DNA from: an uncultured Desulfatitalea sp.
GTDB taxonomy: Bacteria > Desulfobacterota > Desulfobacteria > Desulfobacterales > Desulfosarcinaceae
NCBI GenBank assembly: GCA_963668675.2
Contig: CAXXMB010000001.1
Coordinates: 160,001-224,000, forward strand
DNA length: 64,000 bases
Direction: 5' to 3'
In this document: positions 20,456-30,282 of the stretch, one piece after another
Layout of the letters: each line of letters opens with the position of its first letter
Numbering within the stretch: the stretch's first letter is position 1
Translations under genes and position numbers: made by a program
The notes under the pieces: generated by a model
Database searches by the model: none
Told to the model about the DNA's origin: nothing
The model's input: the letters and a program-made list of their open reading frames with translations, nothing else

Positions 20456-23400
20456 TTACCGCCGCAAATCAAGCGTGTACGGAAACTCAGGATTGGGTTC
20501 TGCCGGTGGGATCTCGACATCCTCGCCCGGTGTGTGGTTTCCGGGAATGAATCGCGCATGGCGCCGACCTTCGGCTTCATAGGAATTGACAGGAAAAACG
20601 TCATGGTGACGTCCGCCGGGGTGTCCCACATGGTAGGAACATCCTCCAATGGCCCGACCGGACCATGTGTCTAACAGATCAATGGTCAAAGGCGTGTGCA
20701 CGCCAATGGTCGGATGCAGGCAAGTCGGCGGCTGCCAAGCCCGGTAACGGATTCCGGCCACGAAGACGCCTTCGGTTGTGGTCGGTTGCAGGGGCACGTG
20801 ACGTCCGTTGCACGTCAGGATATGACGCTCTTCGGTCATGCCGCTCACCTTGACCTGCAACCGTTCGACAGAAGAATCGACATAGCGAACCGTACCGCCA
20901 CCGCCGGGCTCCTCTCCCAACACATGCCATGGCTCCAGCGCTTGCCGCAGCTCGATCTCCATTCCCTGATAGGTGATCCTGCCGTGGATGGGAAAGCGAA
21001 ACTCGAAATGGGGGTGGAAAAAGTCCATCGAAACAGAAAAACCGGCTTGGTTGAGGGCTTTCAGCACGTTAGAAAAATCTTCTCGAAGGGGTTCGGGAAG
21101 CATGAAGCGGTCATGTAGCCGGGTTCCCCAACGTACCAGTTTCCGGCGATAGGGGGTTTGCCAGAACCAGGCCACGAAGATGCGCAAGAGCAGTTGTTGC
21201 GCCAAACTCATGCGGGCGTGCGGCGGCATTTCAAATGCGCGAAACTCCAACAGGCCTAAACGACCGGCGGCACTGTCCGGCGAATAGAGTTTGTCGATGC
21301 AAAACTCGGCTCTGTGCGTATTGCCGGAGACATCGACCAGCAAGTTGCGAAACAGGCGATCGACGAGCCATGGCGGACAGGGGTGGTCGGTTCCCGTCTG
21401 ACGGTCCAGCTCTGCAAAGGCGATCTCCAATTCGTACAGGCTGTCGTGTCGAGCCTCGTCGATGCGCGGTTGCTGGCTCGTGGGGCCAATGAAGAGCCCC
21501 GAGAAGAGATAGGAGAGGGAGGGGTGGTTGTTCCAGAAAGTGACGAAGCTGCGCAGTAGATCCGGTCGGCGCAGAAATGGGCTGTCGGCCGGTGTGGCCC
21601 CGCCGATAACGATGTGATTGCCGCCACCGGTGCCGGTGTGGCGCCCGTCGAGCATGAATTTCTCGGTGGCCAACCTTGTCTGTCGTGCGGTTTCGTATAG
21701 TTCGGTTGTGCAATCGACCAACTCTTTCCAATTGTGCATGGGTTGGACGTTCACCTCGATGACACCCGGGTCCGGTGTAATTTTCAGGATTTTTAGACGC
21801 GGATCGTGGGGAGGTTCATATCCTTCGATCACCACCGGGAGCCGGGTCTCTTCAGCCGTTGCTTCGATGAGCGCCACAAGCTCCAGATAGCCTTCAAGCG
21901 ATACCACCGGGGGCACAAAAACGTAGATTTTGCCGTCGCGGTGCTGAACGCACAGTGCGGTTCGCACCACCCAGGACGCCGACTCTCCAGCCACCGGCAC
22001 CGGGTCGTCGAAAGGTTTGGGCTGGGTGCGTACACCATCGCCAGTGGTTCCAGGGGGTTCTCCCCTCAGTGCGCGTTGTCCTGTATGCAGGTCGGGCAGG
22101 GGGCCCCGGTCGGCCATGGGATCCAGGGGATAGTCAAAGGGAAAATCCTCTTTAGACACCCAGGGCAGCGACTCGAGAGGAAGGCGCAGGCCGGCCGGTG
22201 AATCGCCCGGCAGGAAAAACATATGGTCCCCGCGTAATGGCCAGGGGCCGGACTTCCACGATCCATACTGCAACGGCAGGACATAGCCCACAACGGCTCC
22301 CAGTCCGCGCTCAAACGTGTGCACCATACGCTTGCGGGCCTCGGGGTTTTCGAGCTTGGGGTCGTTGGGCGTTACGTTGACCGGTAGACGCTGCTCCTTA
22401 TGAAGGTAGTACAAAACATCTTCATATCCTTCACGGATAAAACGCCGTGCGACGCCCAATCGGTCTGCCAGGGTTTCGATAAACCGTTTGGCATCGGAAG
22501 CACCGAACCCGTAGTCTTTGGCGGTGTCGGCTATCCATTGGTCGTCTTTCCAGACCGGCAGTCCGTCCCTTCTCCAGTAGCAGCCAAGCGCCCAGCGGGG
22601 CAGTGATTCGCCAGGATACCATTTGCCTTGGCCGTAATGGAGCAGGCCGCCCGGCGCCCACTGCCTGCGCAGGCGTTTGATCAGGGTTTCGGAGAGTTCC
22701 CGCTTCTCCTTTCCGAGGGCGGTCGTGTTCCATTGGTCGCCATCCATGTCGTCAATGGAGATGAAGGTCGGTTCACCGCCCATGGTGAGGCGAACATCCA
22801 GTTGCTGCAACTTGAGGTCGACCTTTTCGCCCAGAGCATCTATGTCCCCCCAAACCTCTTCCGGGTAGGGCCGCGTAGAGCGGGGCTCTTCGCGGACACG
22901 CCGCACACTCATGTGGTGGCTGAATTCGACCTCGCATTCGTCCAGCGCGCCGGAGATGGGGGCGGCGCTTTGGGGCTCGGGTGAACAGGCCAGGGGGATA
23001 TGTCCCTCACCGGCAAACAGCCCGGAGGTGGGATCCATGCCAACCCAACCGGCACCTGGAAGATAGACTTCGGCCCAGGCATGCAGATCGGTGAAATCGC
23101 TCTCCGGCCCGGAAGGACCATCCAGCGATTTTACATCCGGCGCAAGCTGGATCAAGTATCCGGAGACAAAGCGGGCCGCCAGCCCGAGATGGCGCAGAAT
23201 GTTCACCAGAAGCCAGGAGGAGTCTCTGCACGAGCCACTGCCCAGGGTGAGGGTCTGTTCGCAGCTTTGTACATTGGGTTCCATGCGAATCAGGTAGCTG
23301 ACGTCCTGGCTTAGACGCTGGTTCAGATCCACCAGGAAGTCGTTGGTTAGCTTTGGATGGCGATCAATGCCTTTGAGATAGGCCGTCAGTTTCTCCCCCG

Positions 23401-23767
23401 CCGGCTTTTTGACCAGGTAGGGGCTGAGATCGGATTTGAGCGAAGGCTGGTAGTCAAATGGAAACTCGTCGGCTTCCGGTTCTAAGAAGAAATCAAAGGG
23501 GTTGATGATGATCATTTCCGCCACAAGGTCCACTTCCAGATTGAACTCGGTGGTTTTGTCCGGAAACACCAGCCGGCCCAAGTAGTTGCTGAAAGGGTCC
23601 TGTTGCCAATTGATGAAGTGTTTTTTGGGCGTCACCGTCATCGAGTAGCTGAGGATCGGGGTGCGGCTGTGAGGGGCAGGGCGCAGCCTGACGATCTGGG
23701 GTCCCAAATGAATCGGTCGGTCATACCGGTAAGCGGTTTTATGGTTCAGTGCTACATGAATTCCCAC
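20456..23767 (-). CDS. Transglutaminase plus DUF2126 (putative amidoligase) fusion protein
   Basis: GSCRDS, DLHAW, LTMGGEPTF, PDPGVIEVN, TGGGNH, GNTHRAEFCIDKL. Confidence 0.92.
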   Translation of the reverse strand: MGIHVALNHKTAYRYDRPIHLGPQIVRLRPAPHSRTPILSYSMTVTPKKHFINWQQDPFSNYLGRLVFPDKTTEFNLEVDLVAEMIIINPFDFFLEPEADEFPFDYQPSLKSDLSPYLVKKPAGEKLTAYLKGIDRHPKLTNDFLVDLNQRLSQDVSYLIRMEPNVQSCEQTLTLGSGSCRDSSWLLVNILRHLGLAARFVSGYLIQLAPDVKSLDGPSGPESDFTDLHAWAEVYLPGAGWVGMDPTSGLFAGEGHIPLACSPEPQSAAPISGALDECEVEFSHHMSVRRVREEPRSTRPYPEEVWGDIDALGEKVDLKLQQLDVRLTMGGEPTFISIDDMDGDQWNTTALGKEKRELSETLIKRLRRQWAPGGLLHYGQGKWYPGESLPRWALGCYWRRDGLPVWKDDQWIADTAKDYGFGASDAKRFIETLADRLGVARRFIREGYEDVLYYLHKEQRLPVNVTPNDPKLENPEARKRMVHTFERGLGAVVGYVLPLQYGSWKSGPWPLRGDHMFFLPGDSPAGLRLPLESLPWVSKEDFPFDYPLDPMADRGPLPDLHTGQRALRGEPPGTTGDGVRTQPKPFDDPVPVAGESASWVVRTALCVQHRDGKIYVFVPPVVSLEGYLELVALIEATAEETRLPVVIEGYEPPHDPRLKILKITPDPGVIEVNVQPMHNWKELVDCTTELYETARQTRLATEKFMLDGRHTGTGGGNHIVIGGATPADSPFLRRPDLLRSFVTFWNNHPSLSYLFSGLFIGPTSQQPRIDEARHDSLYELEIAFAELDRQTGTDHPCPPWLVDRLFRNLLVDVSGNTHRAEFCIDKLYSPDSAAGRLGLLEFRAFEMPPHARMSLAQQLLLRIFVAWFWQTPYRRKLVRWGTRLHDRFMLPEPLREDFSNVLKALNQAGFSVSMDFFHPHFEFRFPIHGRITYQGMEIELRQALEPWHVLGEEPGGGGTVRYVDSSVERLQVKVSGMTEERHILTCNGRHVPLQPTTTEGVFVAGIRYRAWQPPTCLHPTIGVHTPLTIDLLDTWSGRAIGGCSYHVGHPGGRHHDVFPVNSYEAEGRRHARFIPGNHTPGEDVEIPPAEPNPEFPYTLDLRR

Positions 23768-23843
23768 ATGTCATCCTTTCTAAAAGCGATGGCCGATAGC
23801 TGTTCTATTTATCCGCCGAGAGATCAAGAACTGTTCTGTCGTT

Positions 23844-24818
23844 CTACTGTTCTGTCGTAGTCTCCTCGATCAGCGGGGCAAGGTTGAAAAAGGTGGTGCC
23901 AATCGCCGTGTCCACCTGGTTAAGCCTGGATTGCATACCATCAAGGTATTCATGCATGCCCGCTTCGATTACCTCATCGATGTCGGTATACTCCAAATCC
24001 GCTTCAAGGCGCCCCAGGCGTTTTTCAGCAAGGTTGTGGGTCGAGCCGTTGGAAGAACCAGCAATGCGGTGCAAACAGATCATCGATTTTGAGATGCAGT
24101 GACGGATGGAGCGCGGGAATTGGCTGTCGAAGATCAAAAAATCGGCTACACTGCGGGGGGTGATGCGGTGATGTTGTTTCCTGAACATTTCGAACGCACT
24201 CGCCGATTTAAGGACTGCCGTCCACTGGATGTTGTCGATGGGAGAGTTCACCAGGTCCGCACTGGGCAACAGCATGAAGTACTTCACGTCCAGAATGCGC
24301 GATGTTTTGTCAGCCCGTTCGATCATCATCCCGATACGGGCGAAATTCCACGCTTCGCCGTGGCTCATGGTGCAGTCCATCAGGCCGGTAAACAGGTGAC
24401 TCCGCATCTGAATAATATTGAAAAAGCGTTGCGGATCCGAGAGGGCGAAGTCAGGGCTGCCGGCATCGGTCAGCTCCAGGTAGAAATTGTTCAAGTGCTG
24501 CCACATCTCCGAGGATATGATCTCCCGGATCGAACGCGCATTTTCCCTGGCCGTTGCCAGGCAGGAGAGGATCGAGTTGGGATACTCCTGGTCGAAGGTC
24601 AGAAAGCGGATCACTGCTTCCTGGTCATAGTCCGAAACGCGCTCCCCGAACAAGTTCTGGTCGCCGGTGGTCATGATGATCGGCTCCCAGTGCTTTTCCT
24701 CCTCCAACGGCATGTCGAGCAGCATATTGAGGTTGACAACCATAAATCGGGCTACATTCTCCGCCCGTTCGATATAGCGGCACATCCAGTAGATCGAATT
24801 GGCCACACGGCTGAGCAT
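23844..24818 (-). CDS. Alpha-E domain protein (DUF403)
   Basis: MLSRVANSIYWMCRYIERAEN, ARENAR, ERADKTSRILD, FPRS; GGAGG RBS. Confidence 0.92.
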   Translation of the reverse strand: MLSRVANSIYWMCRYIERAENVARFMVVNLNMLLDMPLEEEKHWEPIIMTTGDQNLFGERVSDYDQEAVIRFLTFDQEYPNSILSCLATARENARSIREIISSEMWQHLNNFYLELTDAGSPDFALSDPQRFFNIIQMRSHLFTGLMDCTMSHGEAWNFARIGMMIERADKTSRILDVKYFMLLPSADLVNSPIDNIQWTAVLKSASAFEMFRKQHHRITPRSVADFLIFDSQFPRSIRHCISKSMICLHRIAGSSNGSTHNLAEKRLGRLEADLEYTDIDEVIEAGMHEYLDGMQSRLNQVDTAIGTTFFNLAPLIEETTTEQ

Positions 24819-24923
24819 TGCAGTTCCTCCTGTTTGCCTTTCCATGCTTACCATGCCATTTTTTTGGTATGGAAGGCTCTTTCGGGTACGGTCGCTGTTT
24901 CGATCAATACCGTATTGTTCTTT

Positions 24924-26354
24924 TTAAAGCACCCAAGTATCTTTACTCCCCCCGCCTTGCGAAGAGTTGACCACCAAGGACCCCTTCTTGAGCGCGACAC
25001 GTGTCAGACCGCCGGGCTGAACGTAGATCTCCTCACCGAAGAGGATGTACGGGCGAAGATCCACATGGCGTCCTTCGATGCGATCCCCGACAATGGTAGG
25101 GGCCCGGGATAGGGATATGGTCGGCTGGGCCATATAGTTGCGCGGTTCGGCTTTGATCTTTTCGGCAAAAGCCGCTTGCTCTTGCGAGGTGGATTGGGGG
25201 CCGACGAGCATGCCGTAGCCGCCCGATTCATTGGCCGCTTTAACCACCAGTTGGTCCAGGTGTGACAGCACATAGTCCCGGTCTTTCTCTTTTCCGCAAA
25301 TATAGGTGGGGACATTGGGTAAAATAGCCTCCTCTCCGGTGTAGTACCGGATGATTTCCGGGACATATGCGTAGATTACCTTGTCATCAGCGATGCCGGT
25401 GCCGGGTGCGTTGGCCATTGCAATGCGGCCCGCTTTGTACACGCCGATAATCCCCTTCACACCTAAGAGGGAATCGGGACGAAACACTTCCGGGTCGATG
25501 AAATCATCGTCGATGCGCCGATAGAGTACATCCACCCGTTTGAGGCCTTTGGTGGTGAGCATGTGGACAAAACCATCGGATACCACCAGATCCTGACCCT
25601 CCACCAGTTCCACACCCATTTGCTGGGAGAGAAAAGAGTGTTCGAAATAGGCGCTGTTGTATATTCCCGGTGTGAGAACACCGATGGTCGGAGAGTGAAC
25701 ATGCTCGGGGACAAGGTTTTCAAGCGTCTCCAAAAGCTTGGAGGGATAGTCGTCCACAGGCCGCACCTGTGAGGCCGCGAAGACCTGCGGAAAGGTGCGC
25801 TTGAGCACATGACGGTTTTCAAGCACGTATGAGACACCCGACGGGCAACGCAAGTTATCTTCCAGAACGTAAAACCGGCCATCACGGTCCCTTACCAGAT
25901 CGGTGCCGGTGACATGGCACCAGATGCCTTTCGGCGGCGTGAATCCCTCGCACTCTTTTCGGTAGGTGCGGCTGGAGAGAATCAACTCTTCGGGTATCAC
26001 GCCGTCTTTGAGGATTTTCTTATCGTTGTAAACATCCTGGAGGAATTCGTTCAGTGCATAAATGCGTTGCTTCAGTCCGGTTTCGATCTGCTGCCAGTCT
26101 TGGGCAGGGACAATGCGCGGAATGATGTCGAACGGAAAGATTTTTTCACGCCCCTCGTCCCGGCCGTACACATTGAAGGTGATGCCCATTTTCAGCAGCA
26201 GGGCCTCGGCAGCTTTCTGGCGCATGGCCAGATCTCCGGCTGGTAGCCCCTCGATTTTTTCTACCAGAAGAGAAGCTCCCGGGCGGGGATTACCGTCGGA
26301 ATCGATCAACTCATCGTAGAAATCCCCCGGGTCGTAAGAACTGAAAGTTTCCAT
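24924..26354 (-). CDS. Circularly permuted type 2 ATP-grasp protein
   Basis: [57 protein letters not shown]; start could be 26354 or 26372. Confidence 0.93.
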   Translation of the reverse strand: METFSSYDPGDFYDELIDSDGNPRPGASLLVEKIEGLPAGDLAMRQKAAEALLLKMGITFNVYGRDEGREKIFPFDIIPRIVPAQDWQQIETGLKQRIYALNEFLQDVYNDKKILKDGVIPEELILSSRTYRKECEGFTPPKGIWCHVTGTDLVRDRDGRFYVLEDNLRCPSGVSYVLENRHVLKRTFPQVFAASQVRPVDDYPSKLLETLENLVPEHVHSPTIGVLTPGIYNSAYFEHSFLSQQMGVELVEGQDLVVSDGFVHMLTTKGLKRVDVLYRRIDDDFIDPEVFRPDSLLGVKGIIGVYKAGRIAMANAPGTGIADDKVIYAYVPEIIRYYTGEEAILPNVPTYICGKEKDRDYVLSHLDQLVVKAANESGGYGMLVGPQSTSQEQAAFAEKIKAEPRNYMAQPTISLSRAPTIVGDRIEGRHVDLRPYILFGEEIYVQPGGLTRVALKKGSLVVNSSQGGGSKDTWVL

Positions 26355-26575
26355 TGGATTTGTTTCCTTCATGGATTCAGTTGGTTGAGTTTTGAATGGA
26401 TTTGAATACACTTTATTACCACTCCTTATCAATTAGCAAGTTGCTTGGGGAAAGGAAATGGCCAATCCTTCGCGTTCGTGCGCTGGATGCGGTAACGGTA
26501 GATGACTTCCCTGGCACATCAATATGCGGTTCAGGTTGCCTTAAGGAACCGCATCTGTCAGGTCCTGTTCAGTAT

Positions 26576-26743
26576 TCATGTATCGATGATAACGTCGATG
26601 GCCTGCGACAAGCAATGCTGAAGAACCAGCCAGCTTTTAAAGTCGGTGACCAGAGCTTCTATCTGCGTTTCCATCGGATATTTTGCAGCCAATGCCACCG
26701 GTGTGCCCCTCGATTCGAGGCGCTTGAGGTGAGGTAGGGGCAT
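26576..26743 (-). CDS. Possible 55-aa small protein upstream of the ATP-grasp operon
   Basis: AAGGGG RBS, ATG at 26743: MPLPHLKRLESRGTPVALAAKYPMETQIEALVTDFKSWLVLQHCLSQAIDVIIDT*. Below the ORF-track cut-off. Confidence 0.35.
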   Translation of the reverse strand: MPLPHLKRLESRGTPVALAAKYPMETQIEALVTDFKSWLVLQHCLSQAIDVIIDT

Positions 26744-26993
26744 GGTGCGTCCCCTTGTTGCCGGTGTGTTGGATGTCGATTGTATGTTCTGTCATACCGA
26801 AAGAAGGGACGAACCCTGTCGCCCATTCTTGACAAAAACAAGGGTTACGTGACAAGTAACCAGAGACGACACCCCGCAAAGGCATATTTGAAAACCCCGC
26901 AGGCACCCAACGCCCGGGGAAAACGGCTGTTGGCTTCGAATGGCTCAACATGGAAACTCCCCTCCACTGGGGCAGGCGCAGAGTGAGGTTGTC

Positions 26994-29900
26994 ATGCATA
27001 TGCGAAGGTGCTTATGGGGCCTGCTTTTGTTGCTCTTCATGACGGTTGGACTCCCAACCGGCATCAACGCCCAGGACCACACGATGTGGACCGACCTGGG
27101 GATATTTGGTGGCTCCATTAAGGATCTGGCAGTAGATCCGATAAATCCCGACAGGATATTCGCAGCGACCTACCTGGGAAGGGGCCTCTATTTGAGCGAA
27201 GATGGGGGCACCACCTGGCAAGCCCTGGAGATGCCCGGCACCATAGAGGGTGAAGACACCTTCAACGAACAGTTGGTTTCCTCAGTGGCCGTGGCGCCAT
27301 CCAATCCCGATGTTGTCTGGGTAGCCCACAACTACTGGGTCGCCAAAAGCATCGACGGCGGCCAGACGTGGATCCATTTTACCAACTATGGCGTGCAGCA
27401 GGGATGCACCAACTGCGGCGGGTACTATGATGGGTGGCGCCTATGCTATGCCATCGCCATCGATCCTGCCGATCCCGATACGGTCTATGTGGGAGCCAGT
27501 GGCGCCAACGGATCAGATATTGGCGGGGCGATTTACGTTACGACCGATGGTGGAACGATCTGGAGCAAACTAAACCAGGGCGCCAATCTGGACTACCGCG
27601 TAGATGATTTGGCCGTTAGCCCGGAATCTCCACAAATTGTATGGGCTGTGACCAACTCCAACGGATATGGCGGCGTTTATGATGGAACGGTCTATCGCAG
27701 CGAAAACGGCGGCCAGACTTTTGCCGGCGTGCAGCCTAAACCCACGGTTGGAGGCATCGTCGCCATAGCACCCAAGCCGGACGATCCTGATGTCGTTTTT
27801 GTAACCGGCGGATATGGCATGGTTCAACTGGACTACGATGGCAGCCAGTGGATCGCTTCCTATCCGGTTCTTGAGAGTGCCATGGCCAGCGACGTCGTGT
27901 TCGCGCCGTCCAGCCCTAACACCGTATATGCCTCCTGGAACCGACCCAATGACACCTTTTGGAACGGTGATGGCCTGCCCAAGGTATCGCGAGGTGTTTT
28001 TGACGGCAGTTCGTGGAGCTGGGAAACCTTCCTGTCTGACTCCCAAAACGCGACGGCCTTCAATGCTTTAGCGGTCCACGCCACCGACCCCGGGACTGTT
28101 TTTGGCGGCGATTTCAGTTTAGGTGTCCTCGTCAGTGAGGACAGTGGGGAAAACTGGACGCCTACCAACGAAGGGCTGGATGCGGTGGTCGTGTATGACG
28201 TCGACGTCGATGACGCCAATACGGCCCATATGCTCGCTGCCAGCGGCTCCGGATTGTACGAGCGCGCCGATGCCGGCTCGCCATGGGTCAGGCGGCATAT
28301 CGGCGCTTTCAGATCCGTCGAATTTCACCCTTCATCCAGCACCGCCTACTACGGTGGGGGCAGCGGTATTGTGGCCCGCACCACCGACAACGGCGCCACC
28401 TGGGCTTACAGCGATTCGCTGGGGTACGTTTATGTGCATGACGTCGCAGTAGATGCGCTGGATCCCAGCCGTGTCTACATCACCACGGGGCACTATGGTC
28501 AGCAGGTGATGAGAAGTACAGATGGTGCGGCCACATTCCAGGCTGTGCTCAGCGGCGTCAACCAATCCGGCCAGGCGTATAGCATGAACCGGGTCATCAT
28601 CGATCCTCATGATCGGATGCACCTGTTCGCCGCCGGCGGAAATTTCTATTCGCCGTATGTGCTTGGCGACCTCTGGCAAAGCGGCGATGGCGGCGACACC
28701 TGGCAGCGCACCGGTTTGACCGATACCGTGGTCAACGCAGTCATTGTCGATCCGAGGGATCCCAACGTTCTCTATGCCGGGTGCGGTTTCAGCCAGAACT
28801 ACCTTGATCCGGTTATGAAGAGCACAGATGGCGGGGCGACGTGGGCGTCAGCCTCATCCGGCATGCCGCCCGCCCGCAGAACTTTCTACAGCATTTGGGC
28901 GCCATCCGGTGAAGCGACGCCATTTGCGGTAGGTAGCTGGGGATATATTATTCGTTTCGACGGCAACCGCTGGGAGACGATGGAGGTGCCAACGGAGAGC
29001 ACACTGTACGGCATCTTCGGTCTCTCCGGTAACGATGTCTATGCCGTTGGTGCCAATGGCGCCATCGTTCATTACGACGGTGCGGCATGGCAGCTCATGA
29101 CCAGCAATACAAGCGCCACACTCTATAAGGTATGGGCCGCCGATGCCAGTAATGTCTATGCCGTGGGACAAGGGGGGATCATTCTGCATTTCGACGGCAC
29201 ACAGTGGTCGCAGATGATCAGCCCTGTTACTGAAGATCTCTATGAGGTGCGTGGAAACGCTGCAAACGATATTTTCGCCTCCGGGGTGGGCGGGATGATT
29301 CTGCACTACGACGGCAGCAATTGGCAAAGCATGAGCTCCGGAACGAGTGTCACCATCGGTGCTCTGTGGCCCTTGTCCGCCGCTGATGTCTTCGCCGTTG
29401 GCGATGATGGGGTCATCTTAAGATACGACGGGACCGGCTGGTCTTCCATGCAGAGCAATATTACAGGGGATTTGTGGGGGGCTTGGGGCAGTGCAGCGGA
29501 CAATGTTTACGCGGCCGGCCCCGGCGGACACCTGCTGCATTTCAATGGTACCGCCTGGGAACTGATCGATCTCGAACCGTCCCGCTACTACATGGAGTTG
29601 TGGGGGGCCGAAACGGGAGAGATCTATATGGCGGATGGCAACAGTATCATATGGCGCTATGACGGCGAGGAGATCACGGCCTCAAGGGAACGGGGCACCT
29701 ATTTTCGCTCGACTACCGATCTGGCCTTTCATCGTGTCAATCCGGATATCGTCTATGCATCCACATACCAGGCTGGCGTCCACATCACCCCAAACCAGGG
29801 TGGCGACTGGCTCAACCTGGGGGCCCCGATCAACAGCGTCTATGCCATAGCGTCCGGTAGCCTATATGCCGCCACCGCCAGCGGGATGTATCAACTCACC

Positions 29901-30236
29901 GGCACCGGGGTGCTGACCGGAGAGGTCAGCGATGCCCAAACCCTGCTGCCGATCGACACCGCCAAGGTGCTGACCGATCTTGGCCAGCACTGCCGATCCA
30001 TTTCAGGCATTTACATGATGGTCGTTCCGGCTGGCATATATGACACCTTTGCTCTGGCCGAAAACTACGACATGGCCGTAAACGAAAACGTCACCGTGGT
30101 GGGCAGCGATGTGACCCGCCAGGATTTTAATATGGTGGCCGGCACCGCCGTCGGCCCGGCGGGCAACACCACCGATCCGGACGGATCTTCCGGCGGGGGT
30201 GGCTATTGTTTCATCGGTGCAATAGGCCTCAATTGA
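26994..30236 (+). CDS. Large secreted beta-propeller protein (BNR/Asp-box repeats plus seven ~39-aa repeats) with C-terminal Gly-rich CFI tail
   Basis: Signal peptide, many S.DGG.TW Asp-boxes, seven W..M.S.T...L..VW....DVYAVG..G.ILHYDG repeats, ends GSSGGGGYCFIGAIGLN. Confidence 0.85.
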   Translation: MHMRRCLWGLLLLLFMTVGLPTGINAQDHTMWTDLGIFGGSIKDLAVDPINPDRIFAATYLGRGLYLSEDGGTTWQALEMPGTIEGEDTFNEQLVSSVAVAPSNPDVVWVAHNYWVAKSIDGGQTWIHFTNYGVQQGCTNCGGYYDGWRLCYAIAIDPADPDTVYVGASGANGSDIGGAIYVTTDGGTIWSKLNQGANLDYRVDDLAVSPESPQIVWAVTNSNGYGGVYDGTVYRSENGGQTFAGVQPKPTVGGIVAIAPKPDDPDVVFVTGGYGMVQLDYDGSQWIASYPVLESAMASDVVFAPSSPNTVYASWNRPNDTFWNGDGLPKVSRGVFDGSSWSWETFLSDSQNATAFNALAVHATDPGTVFGGDFSLGVLVSEDSGENWTPTNEGLDAVVVYDVDVDDANTAHMLAASGSGLYERADAGSPWVRRHIGAFRSVEFHPSSSTAYYGGGSGIVARTTDNGATWAYSDSLGYVYVHDVAVDALDPSRVYITTGHYGQQVMRSTDGAATFQAVLSGVNQSGQAYSMNRVIIDPHDRMHLFAAGGNFYSPYVLGDLWQSGDGGDTWQRTGLTDTVVNAVIVDPRDPNVLYAGCGFSQNYLDPVMKSTDGGATWASASSGMPPARRTFYSIWAPSGEATPFAVGSWGYIIRFDGNRWETMEVPTESTLYGIFGLSGNDVYAVGANGAIVHYDGAAWQLMTSNTSATLYKVWAADASNVYAVGQGGIILHFDGTQWSQMISPVTEDLYEVRGNAANDIFASGVGGMILHYDGSNWQSMSSGTSVTIGALWPLSAADVFAVGDDGVILRYDGTGWSSMQSNITGDLWGAWGSAADNVYAAGPGGHLLHFNGTAWELIDLEPSRYYMELWGAETGEIYMADGNSIIWRYDGEEITASRERGTYFRSTTDLAFHRVNPDIVYASTYQAGVHITPNQGGDWLNLGAPINSVYAIASGSLYAATASGMYQLTGTGVLTGEVSDAQTLLPIDTAKVLTDLGQHCRSISGIYMMVVPAGIYDTFALAENYDMAVNENVTVVGSDVTRQDFNMVAGTAVGPAGNTTDPDGSSGGGGYCFIGAIGLN
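28881..29699 (+). repeat. Seven tandem ~39-aa (117-bp) coding repeats, likely a 7-bladed propeller
   Basis: For example TLYGIFGLSGNDVYAVGANGAIVHYDGAAWQLMTSNTSA and TLYKVWAADASNVYAVGQGGIILHFDGTQWSQMISPVTE. Confidence 0.8.
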
Positions 30237-30282
30237 ATTTGGCTTTAGAGCGATCATACGAACTTTTACGCTAAGGTCTCAT

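Noticed and set aside
26512..26527. TGGCAC...ATGC sigma54-like motif
   Set aside because: GG-to-GC spacing is one base too long, which sigma54 does not tolerate.
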